From an uncultured delta proteobacterium (GTDB lineage: Bacteria; Desulfobacterota; Binatia; Binatales; Binataceae), in NCBI GenBank assembly GCA_963771325.1, contig CAVYTJ010000002.1, positions 673,074 to 737,073 on the forward strand: a DNA stretch of 64,000 bases. Direction: 5' to 3'. Shown in pieces: positions 16,561 through 25,023 of the stretch. A model generated the notes under the pieces. It saw only the letters and a program-made list of their open reading frames with translations, had not been told where the DNA came from and made no database searches. The first letter of the stretch is position 1; each line of letters starts with the position of its first letter. Made by a program: the position numbers and the translations under genes.

Positions 16561-17004
16561 ATGGCGAAGACCAAAACCCCGCCGCCGGGCGGTAAACAAA
16601 GCAAGCAAAGCAAGCGAACATGGATGGTCGCGGCGGTGGCCGCCGTGGCGGTCCTCTCGATTGGCGCGGTCGCGTGGACGATGCGCTCGGCGGCCGATCC
16701 GGCGGCCGCAACCGCCAAGGGCGAGCGCGTGACGCTCGACCCCGCCCGCTTTTCCGGGGTGGCGCGCCAGGCGTATGAGGTCGCAGAGAAAAATCCGGCG
16801 CTGCTCGCGCAGCTTCATTGCTACTGCGGATGCGACAAGGAACTCGGCCATCAGAACCTGCTCGACTGCTATCGTGACGAGCACGGCGGCCACTGTCCGG
16901 TCTGCACCGGCGAAGCGCTCGAGGCCGCCAAGCTCGCCGACGAGGGACTCCCGGTCGATCAGATCCGCCGCGTGCTGCGCGAACATTACGCGCAAGGGAA
17001 CTGA
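16561..17004 (+). CDS. membrane-anchored PCYCGC-motif protein (putative metal-binding, unknown function)
   Basis: N-terminal TM helix, then HCYCGCDKELGHQNLLDCYRDEHGGHCPVCTGEA. An alternative GTG start lies at 16552. Confidence 0.55.
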   Translation: MAKTKTPPPGGKQSKQSKRTWMVAAVAAVAVLSIGAVAWTMRSAADPAAATAKGERVTLDPARFSGVARQAYEVAEKNPALLAQLHCYCGCDKELGHQNLLDCYRDEHGGHCPVCTGEALEAAKLADEGLPVDQIRRVLREHYAQGN

Positions 17005-17007
17005 CGC

Positions 17008-17619
17008 TTGGCGGGTCTGGTCTCGGCCTACATCCAGCACTTCACTTACGCTGGATTGCTGGTGGTCCTGATATTGTGCGGGATGGGCCTGCCGATACCC
17101 GAGGACGCGGCGCTGCTGGCAGGCGGTTTCCTGGTGCATCGCGGAATCATCCAGTACCCGATGACGCTGGCGGTCGCGCTGCTGGGCGTGGTCGGGGGCG
17201 ACAACCTGCTGTTCTTTTTGGGCCGGCGGTTTGGCACCGGGCTGGTCAAATATCTCGGTATCGGACGGCCGCGCTCGCAACGCCAGATCGAGTGGCTCAA
17301 GAATTTCATGGAGCGCCACGGCCATCGGGCGATCCTGTACGCGCGCTTCGTCGCCGGACTGCGCGCGCTGGTCTATCTGACCGCCGGCTCGTTCGGCGTG
17401 AACCCGCTACGGTTTTTTCTCTATGACCTGGCCGGCGCGGCGATCTCGGTGCCGATCGTAGTCACGCTCGGCTACCTCTTTGGCGGCCAGATCGAGGTGG
17501 TGCTGCAATATATCGGCGGGGTCGAGAAGCTGGTGTGGCTGGTGGTGGCGCTCTCGCTCGGGGTAATCGCGATGCGGATGCTGATGTTCACGCGCGAACG
17601 CGGAGAAACCCCGACCTAG
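17008..17619 (+). CDS. DedA/VTT-family membrane protein
   Basis: LLVVLILCGMGLPIPEDAALLAGGFLV...GRRFGTGLVKYLGIGRP...ILYARFVAGLRALVYLTAGS is the DedA (SNARE-associated) signature. TTG start. Confidence 0.8.
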   Translation: MAGLVSAYIQHFTYAGLLVVLILCGMGLPIPEDAALLAGGFLVHRGIIQYPMTLAVALLGVVGGDNLLFFLGRRFGTGLVKYLGIGRPRSQRQIEWLKNFMERHGHRAILYARFVAGLRALVYLTAGSFGVNPLRFFLYDLAGAAISVPIVVTLGYLFGGQIEVVLQYIGGVEKLVWLVVALSLGVIAMRMLMFTRERGETPT

Positions 17620-17696
17620 GCGATACTGGTTGCGCTCGCGCGCGGTTTTGAGGGTCGGGCACGCCGCGTCGCCAGGCGGATTTCGAATCCATTCAT

Positions 17697-17742
17697 ATCG
17701 AAATTATTTGTCTCGAAATTACTTATCTCGAATTTATTTACG
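17697..17742. promoter_or_regulatory. AT-rich triple direct repeat (tcgaaattatttgtc / tcgaaattacttatc / tcgaatttatttacg) abutting the sensor kinase start codon
   Basis: Read directly in the sequence. Local GC drops sharply. No Shine-Dalgarno motif lies between the repeats and ATG 17743. Confidence 0.4.
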
Positions 17743-19215
17743 ATGGAATTCAGACTTCCGGCGCTCAATCTCAAAGCCAAACTGATGGCACTGATGGTGG
17801 TGCTGCTGGGGCTGACGCTCGGCGCCGAATTGCTGGTCAGCCTCAACACCCAGAACCGCATCGTCGAGGCCACCCAGGACAACGTCAAAGAACTCGCGAG
17901 CGCGATCCAGATAAGCGTGCAGGAGCTGACCTCGGTCGGCACCTTCGATCGCGATCGCCTGCAGAACTACGTCAACTCGCTGCACAACAACGGGCTCGAA
18001 GTCTCGATTGCGTCGAGCAAGGACCTGATCATCAACAGCTCCAACCCGGCGTTGATCGGCGAGGCTATCAACCGCGGCGCCGTCCACATCGTGGCGGCGC
18101 AGACTGCGGCACACGGCGCCGCCGACCCGCTCCCGGTGCCGGCCTTCACGGTCGGTCCGGCCGGCGAGCAGACCGTCTACCTGATTCCGGTCGAAGTGGA
18201 GGACCATCTGCTCGGCTACGTGCAGGTGGTCGCCGATTTCGCCGACTTTGCCCGCCCGCTGGAGGAGCATCGCATCCATCTGTTGACGGTGGCGCTGGCG
18301 ATCTTCGCGATCGGGTTGGTCTTCTCCTACGTGCTGGCCGATCGCTACGTCGAACCGATCCACGCGGTCGCCGCCGCCGCCCAAAACATCGCCGCCCGCG
18401 GCCTCGAACCGGTACCCGAGGCGCATCGGCGCGACGAGATCGGATTGCTCACGCGCAGCTTCAACGAGATGGTCGACCAGTTGCGCCGCGCGCGCGAGCG
18501 CGAGGCCGAGCTCAACCGGCTCGAGCGCTTCACCGCGCTCGGCCAGCTGGCCGGCGCATTGGCGCACGAGATCAAGAATCCGCTGAATTTCATCAGCCTG
18601 GCGATCGACCAGCTGCGCGCGCGCTACGCGCCGCAACTGCAAAACGACCAGGACAATTATCGCCGCCAGCTCGCGGTCATGAAGGACGAGGTCCATCGCC
18701 TCTCCGAGCTGATCCAGAGCTTCCTGAACTATGGCCGTCCGATCGAGGTCCATCCCGCGCCCACCGACGTGCGCGCGCTGGTCGGCAACGTGCTGGAGTT
18801 GTCGGACTCCAAGCTGCGCAGCCAATCGATCCATGCCCTCCAGCAAGGCGCCGAGGCGCCGGTCATACTCAACGTCGACGCCGAGAAGCTTCACGCTTGC
18901 TTCATCAACGTGGTGGCGAATGCGATCCAGGCGATGCCCGAGGGTGGAGAACTCAAGATCGCGTTCTGGCGCGACGTCGACAACGAGGTGATCACCTTCT
19001 CCGACACCGGCGCGGGCATCGACCCCGAGGTCGCAAGCCACGTCTTCGAGCCGTTCTTCACCACCAAGCGCGAAGGCATCGGCCTCGGCCTGTTCTTCTC
19101 GCGCGCGATCGTCGAGCGCCACGGCGGCACGATCAGGATCGGCTCCAACCCGGCCGGACGCGGCACCACGGTGACTTTCATCCTGCCGCTCGGCGCACTA
19201 GGTAAACATACATGA
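17743..19215 (+). CDS. sensor histidine kinase (periplasmic sensor-TM-HAMP-HisKA-HATPase_c; NtrB/AtoS-like)
   Basis: H-box LAGALAHEIKNPLNFISLAID. N, G1 and G2 boxes: NVVANAIQAMPEGGELKI, FSDTGAGIDPEV, GIGLGLFFSRAIVERHGG. Confidence 0.85.
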   Translation: MEFRLPALNLKAKLMALMVVLLGLTLGAELLVSLNTQNRIVEATQDNVKELASAIQISVQELTSVGTFDRDRLQNYVNSLHNNGLEVSIASSKDLIINSSNPALIGEAINRGAVHIVAAQTAAHGAADPLPVPAFTVGPAGEQTVYLIPVEVEDHLLGYVQVVADFADFARPLEEHRIHLLTVALAIFAIGLVFSYVLADRYVEPIHAVAAAAQNIAARGLEPVPEAHRRDEIGLLTRSFNEMVDQLRRAREREAELNRLERFTALGQLAGALAHEIKNPLNFISLAIDQLRARYAPQLQNDQDNYRRQLAVMKDEVHRLSELIQSFLNYGRPIEVHPAPTDVRALVGNVLELSDSKLRSQSIHALQQGAEAPVILNVDAEKLHACFINVVANAIQAMPEGGELKIAFWRDVDNEVITFSDTGAGIDPEVASHVFEPFFTTKREGIGLGLFFSRAIVERHGGTIRIGSNPAGRGTTVTFILPLGALGKHT

Positions 19216-20633
19216 GCCAACCGTCGGTATTGGTGGTCGAGGACAACGACCTGGAGCGGCAGATAACCGTCGAGACGCTGCGCGAGGAAGGTTTCCTGGT
19301 CGACGAGGCGCCCAACGGCATGCGTGCGATGGAGCAACTCGCGCTGGGCAGCTTCGACGTGGTGCTGACCGATCTGATGATGCCCGGCATGACGGGCGAA
19401 GAGTTGCTCGCCGCGGTGCGCCAGACTTATCCGGGCAGCCAGGTCGTGCTGCTGACCGCGCACGGCACGATCGAGAGCGCGGTGAAGGCGACCAAGAGCG
19501 GCGCTTTCGAATACCTGACCAAGCCCACCGACCGCGAGAAGCTGGTGATGACGGTCGGCAAGGCGGCCGAGTTCGCGAGCCTCACGCAGGAGAACATCCT
19601 GTTGCGCACGCGGCTGGAGGGCAAATTCCAGGTCGAGGGCATCATCGGGCAGCATCCCGCGATCGAGGACGTGATCCGCGTGGTGCGCAAGGTTGCGCCG
19701 TCTTATTCGACAGTGTTGATCCAGGGCGAGAGCGGCACCGGCAAGGAGGTCATCGCGCGCGCGATCCACAAGCTGTCGCCGCGCGGGACGCGCCCGTTCG
19801 TGGCGATCAACTGCTCGGCGATTCCCGACAGCCTGATCGAAAACGAACTATTCGGCCACGAGCGCGGGGCCTTTACCGGGGCCAACGAGCGCAAGATCGG
19901 GCTTATCGAGAGCGCCGACAAGTCGACCCTGTTCCTCGACGAGATCGCCGACCTCAATATCGGCCTGCAGGCCAAGATTCTGCGCGTGCTGCAGGAGCGC
20001 GAGTTGCGCCGGGTGGGCGGCAACGAATCGATCCGGGTCGACGTGCGCCTGGTCGCCGCCACCAATCGCGACCTGTCCGAGGAAGTCGCCCAGGGACGCT
20101 TTCGCGAAGACCTCTACTACCGCATCAACGTCGTCACCATCACGCTGCCGCCGCTGCGCGATCGCCGCTCGGACATCCCGCTGCTGGCGGAGAACGCGCT
20201 CAAGAACCGTTTCGCCCATCTGGCGCAAAATCGGGTCAAAGAGATCAGCCGCGAAGCGATGGAAGTGCTGCTCGACTATCCGTGGCCAGGCAACGTGCGC
20301 CAGCTCGAATCGGCGATCGAACGCGCGCTGCTACTCTGCGAAGGCGACCGCATCATGCCCAAGGACCTGCCGCAGGAAGTGCTCGCGCGCAAGCTGCCCG
20401 CACGCGGCGCCGAGCGTCCGCGCTCAGAGCGCTTCGAGATGCCCGCCGAAGGAATCAACTTCGAGAGTCTCGAGCGCGACCTGATTCTGCAAGCGATGGA
20501 ACGCGCGGAATGGGTAATCGCCAAGGCGGCCAAGATGCTCGGGATGAGCTATCGCACCCTGCAATACCGTCTCGACAAATTCGGGATCAAGAAACCTGAC
20601 GGGCGCGCACAGCCGGCCGACGCCAAAGCTTAA
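19212..20633 (+). CDS. sigma-54-dependent response regulator (NtrC family: REC + AAA+ sigma-54 activator + Fis-type HTH)
   Basis: REC domain (DVVLTDLMMPGMTG, KSGAFEYLTKP). Sigma-54 activator motifs GESGTGKEVIARAIH and the GAFTGA loop (ERGAFTGANERK). C-terminal HTH. Overlaps the kinase stop by 4 nt. Confidence 0.9.
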   Translation: MSQPSVLVVEDNDLERQITVETLREEGFLVDEAPNGMRAMEQLALGSFDVVLTDLMMPGMTGEELLAAVRQTYPGSQVVLLTAHGTIESAVKATKSGAFEYLTKPTDREKLVMTVGKAAEFASLTQENILLRTRLEGKFQVEGIIGQHPAIEDVIRVVRKVAPSYSTVLIQGESGTGKEVIARAIHKLSPRGTRPFVAINCSAIPDSLIENELFGHERGAFTGANERKIGLIESADKSTLFLDEIADLNIGLQAKILRVLQERELRRVGGNESIRVDVRLVAATNRDLSEEVAQGRFREDLYYRINVVTITLPPLRDRRSDIPLLAENALKNRFAHLAQNRVKEISREAMEVLLDYPWPGNVRQLESAIERALLLCEGDRIMPKDLPQEVLARKLPARGAERPRSERFEMPAEGINFESLERDLILQAMERAEWVIAKAAKMLGMSYRTLQYRLDKFGIKKPDGRAQPADAKA

Positions 20634-20647
20634 GCGCCGCGCCGCTC

Positions 20648-21001
20648 TTAAGCGCTCGCCGCAAGCAGCGACGGCGTGGGTAGGTAAACCCAACATCGAA
20701 GCGCCGCGCCGGCAGCGCTCGTGACTTCGACTTTCACCCGCGAATACAGCCGCGGCACTTCCTCGTAACGATCGAGCACTGCGAAATCGCGCTCGCCAAG
20801 TCCGCTCAGCACCAGGCCCGGGGTCGCGACGCCTGCGCGTTCGACGATATAGAAGTAGCGCCCACGCCGGCGCTCGTAGCCCTCAAAGCGGGCCGGGGCC
20901 GCGGCGACTTCGCGCCCGAGCATCGCGGCGCGATGGGCCGCGTCGAGCAGCGAGCCATAGACGAACAGGGCTCCGTCGCTTTCCGGATCCGGCATGCTCA
21001 T
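20648..21001 (-). CDS. gamma-glutamyl cyclotransferase-like (GGCT/AIG2 fold) protein
   Basis: MSMPDPESDGALFVYGSLLD... has the YGSL motif of the GGCT family. The start was moved from the long ORF to the internal ATG at 21001. Confidence 0.55.
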   Translation of the reverse strand: MSMPDPESDGALFVYGSLLDAAHRAAMLGREVAAAPARFEGYERRRGRYFYIVERAGVATPGLVLSGLGERDFAVLDRYEEVPRLYSRVKVEVTSAAGAALRCWVYLPTPSLLAASA

Positions 21002-21085
21002 CGCAATCTCCTCCCGCGCGGCGCCGTGAAGCGGTTGCCGCACCGCGCGGCTTAACCTACGCTCGCGTTGGGCCGCGGCTAAACG

Positions 21086-21844
21086 ATGGGTCAAGCTTTC
21101 AAGCGTTTCCTCGAACAACTCGGCGACATCGGTCTGCTGACTCGCGAATGCGTCCGCCAGGCGCTCCGCCGCCCGTTCGAGGGCGGTTTGCTGGTCGAGC
21201 AACTCGACAGCGTCGGCGTGCGCTCGCTAAACGTCGTCAATCTTACCGCAATTTTTACCGGGATGGTGCTCGCGCTGCAGATGGGACAGTTCCTCGCGCG
21301 CTTCGGTGCCAAGATTTATATCAGCCGCATCATGGGGCTGTCGCTGTTCCGCGAGATGGGTCCGGTGCTGACCGCGCTGATGATCGGCGCGCGCGTCGGC
21401 GCCGGCATCACGGCCGAGCTCGGCAGCATGAAGGTGACCGAGCAGATCGACGCGATGCGGGCGCTGGCGACCAGCCCGGTCAAGAAGCTGGTGGTGCCGC
21501 GGGTGCTGGCGACGGTGCTGATGCTGCCGGTGCTGACCGTCATCTCGGACGCGGTCGGGCTGGTCGGCGGACTGCTGATAGCGGTCACCCAGCTCGGCTT
21601 GGGCGCGGGCTATTTCTTCTCCTCGATGGCCCAAAACACGCGCCTGGGCGATCTCACGAGCGGCCTGGGCAAGGCGGTGTTCTTCGGCTTCCTCATCTCG
21701 ATCATCGCGTGCAACAAGGGACTTGGCGCGACCGGCGGCGCCGACGGCGTGGGGCGCGCGACAACCTCGGCGGTGGTGGCGGCGTCGATCGGCGTGCTGG
21801 TGTCGGATTTCTTTCTGACCAAGCTGTTCATGGCGATCGGATGA
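21086..21844 (+). CDS. mlaE: Mla/Ttg2-type ABC transporter permease
   Basis: Multi-TM protein with the conserved MlaE stretch ...QIDAMRALATSPVKKLVVPRVLATVLMLPVLTVISD... Confidence 0.85.
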   Translation: MGQAFKRFLEQLGDIGLLTRECVRQALRRPFEGGLLVEQLDSVGVRSLNVVNLTAIFTGMVLALQMGQFLARFGAKIYISRIMGLSLFREMGPVLTALMIGARVGAGITAELGSMKVTEQIDAMRALATSPVKKLVVPRVLATVLMLPVLTVISDAVGLVGGLLIAVTQLGLGAGYFFSSMAQNTRLGDLTSGLGKAVFFGFLISIIACNKGLGATGGADGVGRATTSAVVAASIGVLVSDFFLTKLFMAIG

Positions 21845-22587
21845 AAGACGAGTCGCGTCCGTACATCAGCGTGCGCGGGCTGTACAAGAGCTTCAACGGC
21901 AACCCCGTCCTGCAGGGCGTCGATTTCGACGTCCACCAGGGCGAGACGCTGGTGGTGTTGGGCGGCAGCGGCGAAGGCAAGAGCGTGATCCTGCGCCACC
22001 TAAACGGCCTGGTCGCGCCCGATCGCGGCGAGGTCCGGATCGACGGGCGCTCGCTCAGTGGGTTGGATGAAAACCAGCTCTACGACGTGCGCCGGAAGGT
22101 GGCGATGGTCTTTCAGCTCGGCGCGCTGTTCGACTCGCAGACCGTGTATGGCAATATCAGCTACCCGCTGCGCGAACACGCCGCGCTCACCGAGCCGCAG
22201 ATCGCGACGCGCGTCGCCGAATTGCTCGCGATGGTCGATCTGAAGGGCACCGAGCGGCTTTATCCGGCGGAGTTGTCGGGAGGGATGAAGAAGCGCGTCG
22301 CGCTGGCGCGCGCGATCGCGCTGGAACCGCGCGCGGTGCTCTACGACGAACCAACCACCGGACTCGACCCGATCGTTACCATGCATATCAATGGGCTGAT
22401 TCGCAGCATGCAGCGGATGCACGGTTTCACCTCAGTGGTGGTGACGCACGATCTCAAGAGCGCATTCACGGTGGGCGACCGTTTCGCCCTGCTCGATCAC
22501 GGGCGCATACGTTTTTCGGGGACCGCGCAGGAAGTGCACAGCACGCGCGACGAACTGATGCAGGAGTTTCTCAAGGCCGCGTTCTGA
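21841..22587 (+). CDS. mlaF: Mla-type ABC transporter ATP-binding protein
   Basis: Walker A GGSGEGKS, signature LSGGMKKRVALARA, Walker B LYDEPTTGLD, H-loop VVVTHD. 4-nt start/stop overlap with mlaE. Confidence 0.9.
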   Translation: MKDESRPYISVRGLYKSFNGNPVLQGVDFDVHQGETLVVLGGSGEGKSVILRHLNGLVAPDRGEVRIDGRSLSGLDENQLYDVRRKVAMVFQLGALFDSQTVYGNISYPLREHAALTEPQIATRVAELLAMVDLKGTERLYPAELSGGMKKRVALARAIALEPRAVLYDEPTTGLDPIVTMHINGLIRSMQRMHGFTSVVVTHDLKSAFTVGDRFALLDHGRIRFSGTAQEVHSTRDELMQEFLKAAF

Positions 22588-22624
22588 ACCGGCGCGCGGC
22601 ACGCTATCAGGGAGATTTCAAACC

Positions 22625-23821
22625 ATGGCGGAACAACAAAGCAGTCATGCACTGCGCGTGGGGATCGTGATGGTGCTCGGGATCGCGATCCTGGCGGGCG
22701 CGATCTTTTCGATCGGTGGAGGGTTACGATGGCTCGGAGGCACCGAGGAGCTGACCGCGCGTTTCCAACGCGTCAACGGGTTGGAAGTCGGAGCGCCGGT
22801 TCATCTCTCGGGCGTGAACATCGGCTCGGTGGCATCGATTCAGTTTCCCTCAGACCGGCGCGCCAACTACGTCGTCGTGCGCCTCAGCATAGAAGCCAGC
22901 GCGGCTGAGCGCGTGCGCACCGACTCGGTAGCCAAAATCGAATCGCTGGGGTTGTTGGGCGACAAGTTTCTGCTGCTCACGGCGGGCTCGCCCGACGCGC
23001 CCTCTGCGGACCCGAATGGATTGCTGAAGAGCCAGGATCCGTTCAACTATCAGTCGCTGCTGCAGGCCCGCAACACCGGCGACCTGGTCGCCAACATAAT
23101 CGCGATCTCGAGCTCGGCGCGCCAGTTTCTCGATTCGGTCAACGAGGGTCACGGAATCCTGGCCGAGCTTATCAAGGGCCCCTCCAACCCACAGGAAAAG
23201 ACCCTCACCCTTGCTTCGATGAGAGAGACGCTCGACAACCTCCAGAAGCTGACCACCAAGCTCGAGGTCGCCGTCGATCGCGTCGACCGCGGCCAGGGTG
23301 TAATCGGCGCGATGCTAAGTCCGCGGAACAACGGCCAGCAAGTGGTGGCGAATATCACCAGCGCATCGGAGTCGATGCGCACGGCCTCGGCACGCCTCGA
23401 TCAGACTTCGCTTCAGCTTCACGACCTGGTGGCGCGGGTGGACACCGCCAATGGCCTGTTGCCGCAATTAATGGAAGACCAGAGCTACGCAGGCCGCGTG
23501 ATGAGCAATCTGCGCCGTTCCTCGGACGACATGCGCGAGGTGCTCGACAAGATAAACGGCCGGCAAGGCACGCTCGGCCTGTTGATCAACGATCCGTCGC
23601 TCTACGACAAGACTACTAACCTGGTTAGCGCGAACGGATGGGGCTTCTCGCTGTTCAGGGGCGTCTACGGCGTGTCGCATCCATTCGGCACGACGGCCTC
23701 GCCGAGCTATGCGCCGCCGCCTGCCGAGCAGATGAATTACAGCCCGGCAGTCAATAGCGCATCGCCCGCGGCCGGCACCACGAATCCTGCGCCAACGGCC
23801 GCGCCACAGGGGAACCCATGA
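22625..23821 (+). CDS. mlaD: MCE-domain substrate-binding protein (MlaD-like, long coiled-coil and Pro/Ala-rich tail)
   Basis: N-terminal TM helix, then an MCE domain (LTARFQRVNGLEVGAPVHLSGVNIGSVASIQF...). Confidence 0.8.
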   Translation: MAEQQSSHALRVGIVMVLGIAILAGAIFSIGGGLRWLGGTEELTARFQRVNGLEVGAPVHLSGVNIGSVASIQFPSDRRANYVVVRLSIEASAAERVRTDSVAKIESLGLLGDKFLLLTAGSPDAPSADPNGLLKSQDPFNYQSLLQARNTGDLVANIIAISSSARQFLDSVNEGHGILAELIKGPSNPQEKTLTLASMRETLDNLQKLTTKLEVAVDRVDRGQGVIGAMLSPRNNGQQVVANITSASESMRTASARLDQTSLQLHDLVARVDTANGLLPQLMEDQSYAGRVMSNLRRSSDDMREVLDKINGRQGTLGLLINDPSLYDKTTNLVSANGWGFSLFRGVYGVSHPFGTTASPSYAPPPAEQMNYSPAVNSASPAAGTTNPAPTAAPQGNP

Positions 23822-23847
23822 TCATAAATGCGGCGTGATTTTTAGAA

Positions 23848-23920
23848 GGCCGCTCACGAGCGGCCCCTACATTGGAGCGGCGGATTTTTTTGTAGGGGCC
23901 GTTCGTGAACGGCCCTCTAC
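23848..23920. repeat. two REP-like palindromes (ggccgctcacgagcggcccCTAC at 23848-23870 and GTAGgggccgttcgtgaacggccctCTAC at 23892-23920) between convergent genes
   Basis: Imperfect palindromes with a terminal CTAC (the second also has a 5' GTAG), separated by a T7 run. A third member is at 30868-30892. Confidence 0.55.
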
Positions 23921-23965
23921 GATCGTGACTGAATCGGCGCCGGCCAAAGTACCTGAAAGTTCAGA

Positions 23966-24649
23966 TCACTCTGCGGGCTCGGGTTTCTTCAGCCCCAGGC
24001 GCTCGTAGTACTTCGCCGGCACCTTCGAGCGATCCTTGTAGATGATAAAGTTGCAGTGCTCCTTGCCAATCTCGTGCGCCGGCTCGACCACCACGAACGG
24101 CGCGCCGTGGGCCTCGATGTCCTGACGCTCCATCACCGGCTCGTGCGCGCAGTAAACGGGAAAGCTGTCGCGTCCGTAGGTCAGGAACTGCTTGCCCCTG
24201 ACCGTCAACATCGCGTCGGGGCCCTCGTATTTGCCCTCCAGCACCAAGCGCCCGCCGCTCCCGCACGGACGCATCTGGATGACGACTTTCTCGTCGTCCT
24301 CCTCGATATGCATCGGCTGGAGATGGCCGCGTAGCCCGGCGGCGAACATCTTGACTCGCGCGCGCACGTCCTGGGGCATCTTGTCCAGGCTGGGTCCCCA
24401 CCACGCCTTCACGCCCTCGTCCATCGCTTCCTCGAGCGCCTTGTCGCCGAAGCGCCGGCCGACGAAGCTGAGCGTCGCGGCAGTCCAGTTGCGGTAGAGG
24501 TCGTGCATGCTGAGGAACTCGTTGTACATCCGGCGCGCGAGTTTCTTTGCGCCTTCGCGATCGCCGCGATCGATGCTTTCGACCAGGCGGTCGACCGTGA
24601 GTTTTTCCATCTCGGCTATTTCGTCATTGCTGAGTATCCGCTCGGCCAT
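23966..24649 (-). CDS. hypothetical protein (conserved Cys/His cluster: MRPCGSGGR...VYCAHEP...HCNF)
   Basis: Start set at the ATG with a GGAGG RBS 7 nt upstream (MAERILSNDEIAEMEKL...). I do not recognise a family. Confidence 0.5.
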   Translation of the reverse strand: MAERILSNDEIAEMEKLTVDRLVESIDRGDREGAKKLARRMYNEFLSMHDLYRNWTAATLSFVGRRFGDKALEEAMDEGVKAWWGPSLDKMPQDVRARVKMFAAGLRGHLQPMHIEEDDEKVVIQMRPCGSGGRLVLEGKYEGPDAMLTVRGKQFLTYGRDSFPVYCAHEPVMERQDIEAHGAPFVVVEPAHEIGKEHCNFIIYKDRSKVPAKYYERLGLKKPEPAE

Positions 24650-25023
24650 CGCTGATGCCTCCCGTCCTAAGATTATCTGGTCCGAAGCTAGCGCAATTGT
24701 ATCGAAGTGGTGAAGCGCGGCGACGCCGGCGCGACGCGCCGCCGGTCGCAATTCGCGGCGACGCGAGACGTCGCTCGGGCGAGCGTGCTCTTTCCGTTGG
24801 CAAGTGAAAAGCGGCTGCGCTATAGTCCGTCCGTTTTGACTTGCAATTTGAACTCGCCGTTTTGGCGCGCGCCGAGAAACACCGCGCGAGGTCCCAGCCC
24901 CGATTGCGATCGGAGGCGATTCGCGGCAAGGTCGCCCGGATTGAAATGCCGCTTATATGAGTATCTAATTGAGAAGTAGCGGTGCTTATAGCATGGTAGC
25001 GCAGGCCGAGGTCTGAAACAGCC

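Noticed and set aside
17640-17660. sigma-54 -24/-12 promoter upstream of the kinase gene
   Set aside because: Only a GG-N10-GC skeleton is present. The TTGC element is missing.
21148-22587. 479-aa ORF spanning mlaE and mlaF
   Set aside because: The N-terminal 230 residues are an Arg/Gly-rich alternative frame of mlaE. The genuine mlaF begins at ATG 21841.
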